The position numbers were made by a program, and so were the translations under genes. The notes under the pieces are model-generated. The model was given only the letters and a program-made list of their open reading frames with translations, was not told the DNA's origin and did no database searches. Shown here piece after piece: positions 19,908 to 31,895 of a DNA stretch of 51,358 bases (positions are counted from its first letter, which is position 1; every line of letters begins with the position of its first letter). Source of the stretch: Nemertoderma westbladi (lineage: Eukaryota; Animalia; Xenacoelomorpha); contig JAUCBJ010008151.1 of the NCBI GenBank assembly GCA_032718475.1, forward strand, positions 1 through 51,358. The letters are read 5' to 3'.

Positions 19908-21227
19908 CTGCTACCACAAGTTAGAAAAATCAACATGAGCTGATGACTGATTGTGTGTGCCTGGAGGTTTTTTAATTTAATTCTAGACCTACTATTGGGC
20001 CTACAGTAACTCGGAAACAGTTTAGTGTTGTTTAATGCATGGGTATAGGTATCTCGTGTTTGAATATGCTGTGTAAAGATTGGAAAGTAGGGGTTAATTA
20101 TTTTTACAGGATTAGGAGCGACTGCAAATAACTGTAAGATTTGCTTATTAGTGAAGCATTCTGTTAATGTACCATATTCCATACTATATATATATACTGT
20201 ACCACATTATACTGTTCCGCACACTATACATACTGCATGTAAAATAGTGTACTGTAGGTAAATAACAACCTGAAGTTACAGCTCTTTAACATGGTTGGCC
20301 GGAAGTCGGAGTCGAAAGCCTCAAAGAATTCTACATGATGCGAGAATGGATTCCTGGTTACTTCTAACTTTTTGGAACCCATTTTGGTTGTGGTGCAGGA
20401 GATTTTCCATGGGATCCCTTATCCTGTTCATGATATTTTATCTAATAGCTCAGCTGTAAACGAGATCAGACTGTTTCTGTTATATGAAAGAAAAAGTTTT
20501 CGTTTCTATGGGTCAACAAATACCTAAATTGACCTTGTGGTGCATTTTTAAATGTTTGAGCATTGGATAAAGTAATTGTAAGAATTCATGGATCTTGAAT
20601 AGTTCAGGAGTTACACAATCACATGCTTTATTGGTCTACATAGAAGCTGCAGTAGTGATAGGGTGGACACTGTCATTGGCTGTACCGGTCACAGCATTCA
20701 CAGCATTGTACCTGTCCCAGTAATTAATTTCTTCACGGGTGGTTTGTAGTCACACTGATGGAAATCCTAACAGTGAATGTATACTAAATTAACACTTGGG
20801 TTTTTCATGGCAGAGCAGTCATGACTTTGGAGACTTCTTGGAGACGAAAATGAGTTTTGTCTTGCACCCACCAAGACGACGGTGAGTTTGGAAATGTGGC
20901 TGCTGGAAGCATTAAATTGAATAAAAAAAACTCAAGATTTCCCGAATTTTGATTGAATTATTGCTGTACACAGAATGCATATTTGAGCTGAAAGATAAAG
21001 AGGAATTGGAGCACCCGAGAATGCCAAGGATACCTTTTTGAGCTTATCCATAATCCTCCCTTAGCTGTCCTGAACTTACATTGTACCATAGGCCCTATCA
21101 TACCGTGTACAACGCCATACGATACCATACTTTACCATACAGAATCATACCATAAGCAGTCAGACTGACTTTTTACATAGGGATAAGTTGTTGGCTATTT
21201 CATACTGAACCTACTGTTCCAAAATTG

Positions 21228-21410
21228 ATGATTATGATTGCACATTTGAAAATTAACCCTTTCTTCCCTTTGTTCTATTCATACATTTTGCCTTTTCTAA
21301 GGATCCAGTCGCACAGGAGAATCTCTAGTGATGACTTCATTAGACCAATTCCTGAAAGTCTAACAGCTGATTACCAGAGCTACATTTTACTAAAAACTCT
21401 AAACAGCAAG
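21228..21410 (+). CDS. Probable first coding exon of the ABCC transporter (N-terminal lasso/L0 segment)
   Basis: LFYSYILPFLRIQSHRRISSDDF resembles the ABCC4 lasso motif. Ends AAG|GTGGGT in phase 0, matching the phase-0 acceptor TTTCAG| at 23243. Looks identical in the duplicate while the flanks vary. The exact start is uncertain. Confidence 0.65.
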
Positions 21411-23243
21411 GTGGGTGTTATTGTGTTCTATTTACATGCAGTCGCTCCATCAAAGTGATGACTTTGAGGCGAGGTTGTAAAAGTCGTTTCTGGGAGTGGG
21501 ACACTACATCCAACATCATGTTGGTCTACATTTATGCTTTAAAATTAAATAGTATATATTTGTACATTATGTAACTTCTCTGCGTTATAGTGATATCCTC
21601 GTAACTGTTGTAGCCTATCGCGTTGAATGCTGCAAAATAATCGTAAAAAATAAACTTCTAGAACACGTCTTGCTTGAGTATTTTCCAATTTTGATAACCA
21701 TTATAAGCTACAGTAAGTGTATGTAAGTGCAGAGTAGTTAGTAACTAATTATTGCAGGAAAAGGATATTAATTTTAGATATCATATACTGGAGCTATCAG
21801 CAGGTTGATGCCATCAACACTGCCGATGATGGTTGCAGGCAATCTAGATATCTGCTGCCAGAGAGTGAATGGAAACAAAACACCACGGTTAAGGCAGATC
21901 TCCAGCTGATCACATCAGCTGTTGGAAGTCCCACTTTGAGAAGCTCTAAAACAATGGCATGATTTTGCCCGGTTGATAAATAATTTAATGCTTTATAAAC
22001 ACAATATGTACTCAGAAATACACACATTATTGGTGACACGTTCATGGGGGCCTTCACGCAGCACGAAGCCTCACACATAACAAGTTTCGTTTAAGTTCAT
22101 CTGCGATTGGATGCCTTATTTTAGATTTTTTTTAAAGTCTGAAACTACCGGTACCGACTGACAGACTGTCTCAATTTTGACCAAGCTTCAGATTATTTCC
22201 AACCTTTTGTCGTACTGCATACATTACAAAGTTCGGTTTAATTTCATCAATGATTGACTGACTTATTTCGGTTTTTATCAAAAGTTTTAAACTAACATGT
22301 ACTGACTGTTCGGTTTTTATCAAAAGTTTGAAACTAACATGTACTGACTGTTCGGTTTTTAACAAAAGTTTGAAACTAACATGTACTGACTGATAGACAG
22401 TCTCATTTTTTTTTACAAAACTTCAGATTCATTTCTAGACGTTTTACCAACTGCATACATACCAAGGTTTGTTTAATTTCATTGACTCTTCAGCTCATTG
22501 GAGCTGTTTGCTTCTAGTGTTGGTAGTTTGATAACTTCATGAATACCAACATGATGACAGTTTACTAAAACAGTGCTCAAGAAATGTCTGAATTATGAAC
22601 ATAACTTCCAACGCCAGGATCAAGTTTGCTTGCGTATGTGGATTCTGCTAATTGGTGAAGTAAGCATAAAAGTATGCATAAAAGTCAGGTGACAACCTCT
22701 GCATATATAAAGGTAAAGGCATGGGCAAAATTGAATGGTGTATCCACGGGTTGGAAGTCACAGAATAAAATGTAATCTCAAGGTTGATTATTTAAAGCAG
22801 CAGTAGAACTGGTCTCCTATATGGAAGTAAATTATGGGCTCTAACTGCTGAGGACAATAAATCTCAGGATGACTCATACACAAGAATGTTACACCAGGTT
22901 CATTATCTCAAGTTTAATAAACATATCTCCAACCAGACCAATAATGCATTGTAGGTGATTCTTTAGCCCAAGCTTACACTTGAATGGAGTCACCTTTCCG
23001 TTTTGCTGCATATTGTTTATGCCATGAGGACCAACCTTTGCACTATCTGGTGCTTTAGCAGACACATAGATAGAATGAATGTGTGAACCTTGAAGATACT
23101 GATCATCTCTCTAAAGTCATGGGGGATAGGGTGTTGTTGTTGCTCAATTTTGTCAATAAGCCAGCATTGCATTCACTACAATATAGCATGTCGATTATAT
23201 AGGTGATGTAAGGGGTCTCATTCTTATTTTTTATATATTTCAG

Positions 23244-26200
23244 AAAGTCGGAGGAACAAGACAAGAAGAATTCAATATTCTGAGAACACTGATAATAATA
23301 CATTGGAAAGAATACCTCATTTGTTCTATGTTAAAAACTGTTCATGAAGTATCCCTGCTGGTTAGAGTATTATTTCTACAACGATTTATTGGACACTATT
23401 TGGAAATGGATAGCAATTTTTCCATAGAAAAAACATTACTTGATTGCTTAATAATTGGAATAACTTCTTTTTTATCAGTGTTTGCTAACATAAATTCTTC
23501 TTTTTATTCTAACCTATTGTGGATGAAAATTAAGGTAGGATGCAGTACCCTTATATATAGAAAGATATTGACATTAAATTCATGGAATATCAATAATACT
23601 ACAACAGGTCAAGTTACTAACTTGTTGTCCTCTGATGTTGGAAGAGTGGAACAATTTTCATTTCTGGCGAATAGTCTAATTTCAACACCTATTTTGGTAT
23701 TTCTAGTGTTCCCTTTAATGTATTTCAATCTGGAATGGTCTGGAATTTTTGGTATGTTACTCGTAATGTTAGTCTTCCCATTGAGTCTAGGATTTGCAAA
23801 ATTATTTTCATTAGTACGACGGAAAGCTGCATTATTCACTGATCGGAGAATAACATTGATAAATGAAATATTAGTTGGCATGAAAGCAATCAAAGTGTTT
23901 GGGTGGGAAGATTTATATGAGGCTGCTGTAAAGAATGCCCGAAGTAAAGAATTATCAGAGATATGGAAGATCATGTATTGCCACTCATTTTACTCAACCA
24001 TTTTGTTTGCCTATATTAATGTTGTCACCTTTTGTGTCTATGTTCTGTATACTGGGCTTGGGTATCCATTAAATATAATCACAGTAATGAGCTCCAACAT
24101 CATATTAATCAATGTAATCACAAGCGTGCTAGTGTTTGGTGCTGCTTTACGTGAATTGGGGGAACTTCATTGTGTTTTTCAACGAATTGATTCGTTTATA
24201 GGTTTAAATTACATATTGTTTAATGTAGAGGACTTACAAAGGAATGGAATAATAAGAAATATGCCAAATCCAAAAGATATTTTTGTAAAGGTAGAAAACA
24301 TTACAGGAAGATGGTCTTTCAAGAATGGGTCTATCATTCATAATGTATCTTTCAAAGCAGTTTTTGGTGAAATAGTTTACATTATAGGTCCAGTAGGTTC
24401 TGGAAAGTCCAGCATATTACAGGCAATACTAGGTGAATTGCCTCCTGAATGTGGATTAATTGATAAAAATGGAAAGCTGGCCTATGTATCTCAAACACCA
24501 TTCATATTCTCTGGAACAATAAGGGAAAATATCTTGCTGGGGCAAATATTTGAAGGAGATTGGTATGATGAAGTCATTAAACTAAGTTGCTTATCAGCAG
24601 ACTTATTACTGTTTAAAGATGGTGATATGACTTTAGTTGGTGAAAAGGGGATATCATTATCTGGTGGTCAAAAAGCTCGTATAGCCTTAGCAAGAGCAGT
24701 TTATTCCAGGGCAAATATATACCTTATGGATGATCCTCTTTCAGCTGTAGACAGACGAGTGGCCAAAGACTTGGTTGATAACTGTTTAAAGCACTGTCAG
24801 TCCAACGGAATTGTCGTCATGGTCACCCACCTCCTACAAATTATACCTCCAAATTCAAAAACAGTGTCTCTTTATGGCAAAGATGTTACTGAAACCGTAA
24901 TTAGAAGCGATGTGCCAGAGACATCGAATGGTACAGAAATTGTTTATTCTAAAATGTATGAAAGTAAAATTATCGAAGATGATAATCACAACCCCAATAT
25001 TGACAATAATTTCGATAATAAAGATAGATCAGTCAAGTCAACGTTATCAATTATTCTCATATTTATTAAATTTGGATTAAATGCACCACGTTTTCTGGTA
25101 TTAATATCAACAGGGATTTTAACATACATATATCTGTCATTGTCAGATTATTGGTTGGTAAGTTGGGCTACTCAAGAATCATTTAATAATTCACAAAAAC
25201 AAAATTATGTTGAACTCAATAATAATATTATAAACCAACTAATAATAGAGAGCCAGTGGAGAGATATTGTACTTGGTTATGCATATCTGGTTTTCTCATA
25301 CTTACTGTGCAGTACATTAGGTATGTTTGCAATATATCATGCTATACTAGGTGCATCTGATAAATTACATGGAGAAATATTCAAAAGAGTTTCTCATGCC
25401 CCAATGAAATTCTTTGAACAGAATCCCGCAGGTGGAATACTCAACCGATTCTCTAAAGATATTGGAATAATGGACAACATATTACCAGATTTAATTGTTG
25501 AAATCGTCAATACATTCAGTCGTTGCATTCTTGCAGTTTTAGTTTCGGGAATAGCTAATCCATGGACCTTATTGCTGGCTATCCCTACAATGATCACGGT
25601 TTTCTTGATACGTTTATATATTATGAAAAGTCTTAAACAGGTTAAGTTTATTGAAGCATCAGTGAGAAATCCAATATTTCAACATGCTTCTGATACTATG
25701 GAGGGCCGTGATATTATAAAAGCATTTGAAGTCCAACCAATTTACGTGAAACGCTTTTTTCCCCACTTAGATCATCATACCGAATCAATGTTTATGGTTC
25801 ATAATCTTACTACGTTGCTTAGCATCAGTATATCAATTCCTTATGCCATTTTTAGCATATTTGTTTTACTAATTTCCTTGTATATGGATAGTTTTGTATC
25901 TAAGGACATATTGTTTGTAGCAGTAATATATGTGTTTGGAACCACCAATTTTATCACATATTTCATAAAAATGTCAGCGCTACTGGAAATTAATTTAACA
26001 TCTGTTGAACGAGTACTTGATTACTATAAATTAGACCAAGAGGCTCAATTCCACATTTCTGGCACGCAAATTCCAACTAAATGGCCAAATTCTGGAATTA
26101 TCACCTTCAAAAATGTGAAGCTTAATTATGGAGATGATGAGGTGTTGCATGGAATAAACTTTAAAACAAGATCTTCTGAGAAGATCGGAATTATTGGGCG

Positions 26201-26858
26201 CACCGGAGCCGGAAAATCATCATTATTTACAGTGTTACTTCGTCTTGTTGAACCTCAAGGACTAATCACTATAGATAATGTTGATATAACTGAAATTGGT
26301 TTGCATGATTTACGGAAGTCAATTGCAGTTATTCCACAAGATCCTGTTTTGTTTGAAGGCACTCTGCAATATAACTTAGATCCTTTTAATGAGTTTGAAA
26401 GTATTGAGATCATTGAAGCTCTAGAAAGGGTACAATTGAAGTCTTTTTTGGAAATGAGACTTGAGTCCAAATATAAATATGGTTCAATTATTCCAAAAGA
26501 AGGGGAAATAGATATCTTAACTTTTTATGTTGAAAGCCGTGGTAGTAACCTAAGTGTTGGAGAGAGACAACTTCTGTGTTTAGCGAGAGCTATGCTAAGA
26601 AAATATAGGGTTGTTCTAATTGACGAGGCAACATCTTCTATTGATCAGTTTACCGATGAACTTATACAGTCTGCCATCTCTAGGAATTTCCCTAACGCAA
26701 CAGTTATGACAATAGCACATCGGATAGATACCATTATAAACTGCGATAGAATAATAGTGATGAGTGAAGGACATATAGTGGAATTTGACACACCAGAAAG
26801 TCTAATAGAAAAGAAGAACAGCTTGTTATATTTGGCAGCTAAGATATCAAGCAATTAA
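23244..26858 (+). CDS. ABCC (MRP4-like, short-form) ABC transporter, main exon: TMD1-NBD1-TMD2-NBD2
   Basis: Walker A GPVGSGKS and GRTGAGKS; signatures LSGGQKARIALARA and LSVGERQLLCLARA; Walker B YLMDDPLSAVD and LIDEATSSID; GGILNRFSKD and SVERV motifs. The frame is open 28 codons upstream of ATG 23328, back to a splice acceptor. Confidence 0.93.
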   Translation, partial: KVGGTRQEEFNILRTLIIIHWKEYLICSMLKTVHEVSLLVRVLFLQRFIGHYLEMDSNFSIEKTLLDCLIIGITSFLSVFANINSSFYSNLLWMKIKVGCSTLIYRKILTLNSWNINNTTTGQVTNLLSSDVGRVEQFSFLANSLISTPILVFLVFPLMYFNLEWSGIFGMLLVMLVFPLSLGFAKLFSLVRRKAALFTDRRITLINEILVGMKAIKVFGWEDLYEAAVKNARSKELSEIWKIMYCHSFYSTILFAYINVVTFCVYVLYTGLGYPLNIITVMSSNIILINVITSVLVFGAALRELGELHCVFQRIDSFIGLNYILFNVEDLQRNGIIRNMPNPKDIFVKVENITGRWSFKNGSIIHNVSFKAVFGEIVYIIGPVGSGKSSILQAILGELPPECGLIDKNGKLAYVSQTPFIFSGTIRENILLGQIFEGDWYDEVIKLSCLSADLLLFKDGDMTLVGEKGISLSGGQKARIALARAVYSRANIYLMDDPLSAVDRRVAKDLVDNCLKHCQSNGIVVMVTHLLQIIPPNSKTVSLYGKDVTETVIRSDVPETSNGTEIVYSKMYESKIIEDDNHNPNIDNNFDNKDRSVKSTLSIILIFIKFGLNAPRFLVLISTGILTYIYLSLSDYWLVSWATQESFNNSQKQNYVELNNNIINQLIIESQWRDIVLGYAYLVFSYLLCSTLGMFAIYHAILGASDKLHGEIFKRVSHAPMKFFEQNPAGGILNRFSKDIGIMDNILPDLIVEIVNTFSRCILAVLVSGIANPWTLLLAIPTMITVFLIRLYIMKSLKQVKFIEASVRNPIFQHASDTMEGRDIIKAFEVQPIYVKRFFPHLDHHTESMFMVHNLTTLLSISISIPYAIFSIFVLLISLYMDSFVSKDILFVAVIYVFGTTNFITYFIKMSALLEINLTSVERVLDYYKLDQEAQFHISGTQIPTKWPNSGIITFKNVKLNYGDDEVLHGINFKTRSSEKIGIIGRTGAGKSSLFTVLLRLVEPQGLITIDNVDITEIGLHDLRKSIAVIPQDPVLFEGTLQYNLDPFNEFESIEIIEALERVQLKSFLEMRLESKYKYGSIIPKEGEIDILTFYVESRGSNLSVGERQLLCLARAMLRKYRVVLIDEATSSIDQFTDELIQSAISRNFPNATVMTIAHRIDTIINCDRIIVMSEGHIVEFDTPESLIEKKNSLLYLAAKISSN

Positions 26859-27376
26859 AAGTCTCATCATTCAAGTCTCTAGACAAACATCTCATTAGTA
26901 AATGTTTCTCAGTGTGTTTTATTTTACGTTAAATGTGATGTTTTGGTGATGAATATGTAATAATCTAAAATATTACTTCCTAGAGATGCATACAAATGTA
27001 TCATAAGACTAAGAATTATTATATTTTATTTGTTAATGGTGGATTCCCATCTGTAGCAGTGAAAATAAAATCAATACCTTTGAAATATAAAAAGTTGTTA
27101 CACATTTATTAGCGGGATGATAACTATCCCTAATGCTGGGCTACGGCCAAAAAAGTTATTTTGCCCTAGGGCAAAATATCCATGTTATTCCCTCTTAGTA
27201 GTGAAGTGTTTATCGTGACACCACATACTGACATACAAACATAGGAACCGGTAATGCTGCTGTACTCGTCCAGGTATTCAGACCACCAACTAGTTTTGTA
27301 CTTCATGTTTCATTATTATTGGGCTGTGCTCCACTAGACAGCAAGGCCTATTTATGTCTCATTAATCACCTCATTA

Positions 27377-28192
27377 ATGTTGATAATAAAGTCAAAGAAA
27401 TCTGTTACCCTGGAGGAAGAGCGAATAGTAACAGATAGATTGATGTCGATGACTGCAATGTATACTATATCATTAGGAAAGCTAGGTGAAGCACTCCAGG
27501 AATCATTAACGGCAAAGAATGAAATAATAAAGATAAACGAGCAAAAGACCGAAACAAGATCACAGCAAACTCAAGGGGAATCCCGTTCTACAAATACGAA
27601 TACAACTTCTTACCGAGACGTACTTATGACGCGGCCGCGTTCGCACCAGATTCCGGCTGAGCCGACCAGGTGCGAGGAACCGCAGCGGCAAACCGAAACA
27701 CCTTCCGACACAGGGATGGCTCGCCAGCCTGTGCCCGATAACAGTCGAGCTCGATCGCAACCGATACGAGGAACGCGAACCGACACCGGGAGTTCTATCC
27801 GGGCTGCCCCGAGGAGGTCTACCACCCAACCAAGCAGTCGCCCTCGAAAATGTCATATTCTAGTTAGCCGAATCGACTTAATGACGACGTCATCGGAAAT
27901 CGTTACGAATCTAAGAGAGGACGGAATTGATGTTGACGAAGTTATACCAAAGGACGTCTATGAAGGGTCTATCTCAAGAAGTTTTCACATTATCGCAGAC
28001 TGGGATATGAGACATGCTCTCATGAATCCTGGCCTCTGGGAGGATGGCATAGTCATCAAATGGTACAAACTGTCTGATGCTGAACGGGAGAAATACGGAC
28101 TACAACCACGCCGTCGCGATTGGGGTGGACAGACGGGAGTCGCTCGCAGAGAAGAAAACCAGAGAGTTGAAAATGCGAATGAAACTGACTGA
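27377..28192 (+). CDS. LINE ORF1 (coiled coil, linker, RRM-like C-terminal domain); probably N-terminally truncated
   Basis: ILVSRID..T..EI...L.....SFHI.......MNPGLWEDGIVIKWY is typical of CR1/L2-group-like ORF1 C-termini. Starts 1 bp inside the TSD. Confidence 0.75.
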   Translation: MLIIKSKKSVTLEEERIVTDRLMSMTAMYTISLGKLGEALQESLTAKNEIIKINEQKTETRSQQTQGESRSTNTNTTSYRDVLMTRPRSHQIPAEPTRCEEPQRQTETPSDTGMARQPVPDNSRARSQPIRGTRTDTGSSIRAAPRRSTTQPSSRPRKCHILVSRIDLMTTSSEIVTNLREDGIDVDEVIPKDVYEGSISRSFHIIADWDMRHALMNPGLWEDGIVIKWYKLSDAEREKYGLQPRRRDWGGQTGVARREENQRVENANETD

Positions 28193-30971
28193 CTAAAGAT
28201 ATCGCTGTCTCTATGGAATGTGGAAGGACTGAGCTTTATTCGTGATAACCTAACCGATGCGGAACTCTGTCAAGATCACGATGTATTACTATTTAATGAA
28301 ACTCTATTTACGGAGGACCAGATTGATGTGCAGGGCTATTATTCCTTTGTTCAGCCCGCAAAGAAACCCCCACGTGGCCGGCCCCAGGGTGGTCTTGCCA
28401 TTTTGGTAAAACCAAGTCTACAGCCGGGTGTATTAACTAAGTGCGAAAGTTACATGGTCTGCAGAACGACAACCTGTTGCTTTATTTTATTCTATTTCGA
28501 ACCTGACACACCTATTAGCGAAATTGTTTTAAACATCTCGGTGTCCCTTACATTTGCTCAGGATGACGACAATATAATATTAGCTGGGGATTTCAACTGC
28601 CGTTTAGACTCCGGAAATCGTGGATCAGAACTTATAGAAAGTTTAAACAGCCTTGGTTTCAACCTCATTGAATTTGAGTCACCTGGAATCCCTACGTATA
28701 TATCACCCCAGGGCGAAAGCGTCATTGACTTGATTTTCGCGAAATACTATGGTATAATAACAAGAGCTCTGCCAAGAGTTACGATAACGCCCACGCCGCA
28801 ACGCAGACACCAACGTTTGTCTACCATACTCAAGATAAACAGTGTGACACCAGAATATATGACAAGACCAACCCCATTATCTCGCAAAATAAACATGGAC
28901 ACATTACAATCGCATCCACAACTTCCTGATCTATTAAATGTATTTCAGAACAAGACTGATATTAACGTTGCGGAGACCTTGCTGACAACAATTATAAAGG
29001 AATCTACAATTCCTAAACCAATCAAACGGTTTCGGGGAAAACCATGGTTCGAAGACGAGTGTAGATCCGCGAAGTCGCAAGTTATGGACGCTCTGAGATT
29101 GAGAACGACCGATACAACAAACCGCCTTCATTACTGGGCTATTAGGAAAGAGTATAAGAAGTTACTGAAAGCGAAGAAGGAATCGTATGAGGAGGAGATC
29201 GTACTGAAACGGGTAGCTGATGCTGAGATCGACCCTTGGTCTCTTTTTAAGGACTGGAAGCCACCGACCGTGGCACCGATTGGAGTCGACCGTCTAGGCG
29301 AACATTTCCAGGCTCTATTGGGAACTGAAAACAATCCACACGAATGCCCAGTCGTACCGAGCACATCTCCAGAGGAGCGCGAAGCGCCTGAGTGGTATAA
29401 TGAACCAGTCACTGAGGAGGAGATCTATCTAGCAGCTCGAAATGCATCCAACAAGAAGGCCAGTGGCCCCGACGGTTTATTTTATGAACACATTAAGCAA
29501 TCACTTCCTTTTCTTGCGGTTTTTATTATGATGTTATTTAATTTTTGTTTAAACGTTGGATCTATACCAGTATCGTGGTCTCACAGTTTTATCAAAATCT
29601 TATATAAAGGAAAGGGTGCGTTAAATAACCCAGATAATTATCGTGGGATAGCTCTAACATCTATAATGTTGAAACTATTAACCGCGATAATGAATAAACG
29701 TATAATTTCTAATCTAAGAGACCAGATCCCTATTGAACAATTTGGTTTTTTGCCTGGAAAGAGTGCAGTTGAAGCTATTACACAGTTACTTAGATATATT
29801 AGTGAGGCTTTTAATTCGAGTTCTAGAAATGAACGCATTGTATATGCCTGTTTTGTAGATTTTAGAAAGGCTTTTGATTCTGTGCCCAGAGCCCTACTTC
29901 TATACAAATTGTATACATTAGGTGTCAAGGGGAAACTTTTTGATCTTATTAAGTCAATATTAAATAACAGTTTTCAAATTTTTGATGGTTTACGATTCTC
30001 AAATATCATACAACAACTTCGGGGTATTTTACAGGGCGATTGTTTATCGCCAACATGTTTTTTACTTTTTATAGCAGATTTAGTCAGTGCTCTACGTGCA
30101 GTTGTTGCTACAATATTATCTATTTTTTATGCGGATGATTTAGTATTCTTTTCAAAGAGTAGAGACGATATTCAGTCAGCATTGAACGCGTTATTTGAAT
30201 GGTGCAGGAAAAATGGAATGGACGTGAACTTGGTGAAAACTAAAATAGTTAAATTTCGAAAAGGTGGTCGTTTAAGTACTAATGATACATTTACATACAA
30301 TGGTAATCTAGTTAAAGTAGAAAAACAATACCAATACTTAGGCGTAACAGTACAGTCGTCGTTGTGCTTTACAAACCATATCAATAGTAAAAAAGTTGAA
30401 GCTTATAAGATAATAGGTTCTTTTACTAAGTTGCAATTACTATCTACGGATACTGGTTTAAAGATATTTAATGGTAAAGTGCTTCCGATGATTACTTATG
30501 GCCTATCTTAAATTGACAAACCTTAAAGAAATCGATAAAACGAAATCTACTTTTATTAAACGTATGCTAGGTCTACACATATCTTCATCGTCAACATTTG
30601 TGCATAACTTACTTGGTGAACCAACTTTGATAGAATATATTTTAGATAGGAACCCAAATATTTTTAGCGAGACTACTGTGCTAAAATATAGGAACTATAG
30701 AGCTGAACGGATGAATAATTTTATAAGGGAGGGCTACCTAGAGGGACCTGCCTTTCAAAACTTCAACTGGAAACGACCTGGACAACGAAATCGTCATGCT
30801 GTCTGTAGGGCAACATCTCACGGGTTTCACCATCTGATCTGCTGCACTATGAACTCATTCCACTCCCCAAAAGAAGACTGTATCTGTAGTTTCTGTGGTG
30901 GGAACTGTGAAAGCAGATATCACGCCCTTCGATGTCCTGCCTGTCCTAGCCTAAATTCGTTGGCTGCATGA
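28193..30971 (+). pseudogene. LINE ORF2: AP endonuclease, reverse transcriptase, C-terminal Cys/His domain; frameshifted near 30505
   Basis: LWNVEGL, FNET, GGLAILVK, AGDFNCR, VIDLIF; SGPDG, NYRGIAL, QFGF, FVDFRKAFDSV, QGDCLSP, YADD, YQYLG. Continues in the 30498-30971 frame with HGFHH..C..H..CICSFC..YH...C. Confidence 0.9.
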
Positions 30972-31635
30972 GTTTTATATATGTATCCGTTTTGCACGAT
31001 ATTTTAGAATTATTTTTATCAACGAGTTGTTTATATTTAATTTAATAATAATAAATTGTTTTATTCACACATTGAACCAAAGTAATACTGTACATATGTA
31101 AATTATTATAAATATTATGAAATATGTTTTATAGAGTAGCCTATCGTATTTCAATATCATTGTTTAATAGTTGCGTTTATCACCAGCGCAATAAGATGAA
31201 ATCCGATAAATATATTTACCCCGGTATGGGGGTGTTGATTGTCTTTAAAAAAAAATTAATCACCTCATTGTCATACTCATACTGACGACTTATACTGACG
31301 GAACTGACCTATGACTAAACTTTAAATTTCCACGGCAAATTAAGAGGTACCGGTACAGTAGGCCTACATAGTGTCACAGTCCAGAGTCGCACCGTACCAG
31401 GTCTGCAGCCTGCAGCCCTGCAGGTAGGTCTAGTTTGGTCTGTATTTATATAGGCTGCAAGGTACCATACTACCTCGTACTGCAGTGAGGCGTTTCTCCA
31501 GTTCCTTCCTCCTAAATGTTAAAAAAAGATATCTAAGAATGTCGTTTAAATACGTTCGCCCCTTTCTGCCTTTTTCTTTTTAATACAGACATTGAAACGT
31601 TTTAATATTAAAGTAAAGTAAAAAAAAGTATTAAC

Positions 31636-31895
31636 CGGTCTTCTAAACGGAAGGTCTGGTGTTCAAGCCCCAGAACAGCCAAATTGTTGCTAGCTTCCAG
31701 TTGTACTGTAGGCTAATGGCAACCTGTCATGAGTTAAGGAGTAAAGAATATGGTTAGATAACCAGAGTACTCGACCTTGGGAGTAGTGTGGTGCCTTCCC
31801 TGCGTTACAGATAATATCCAAGAGAATGGAGTCTTTGGGTTGTTGCCTCGGGTGTTTCTTCTTACACGTTTGAATATAACTTTACTTTACTTTTA
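31636..31895 (+). mobile_element. Possible tRNA-derived SINE, 5' end eroded
   Basis: B-box-like GTTCAAGCCC near 31661 and a (CTTTA)n tail at ~31880-31895. No TSD found. Confidence 0.35.

Larger units (their letters stand above)
19908..27087 (+). repeat. Segmental duplication, copy 1 (contains the intact ABCC gene)
   Basis: 19908-22791 aligns to 37100-39911; 26230-27087 aligns to 39916-40775. Confidence 0.92.
27376..31254 (+). mobile_element. LINE (APE endonuclease + RT), probably 5'-truncated, with short poly(A) tail and 15-bp TSD
   Basis: ATTAATCACCTCATT at 27361-27375 and 31255-31269; A-run just before the right copy; ORF1 and ORF2 lie between. Confidence 0.92.
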
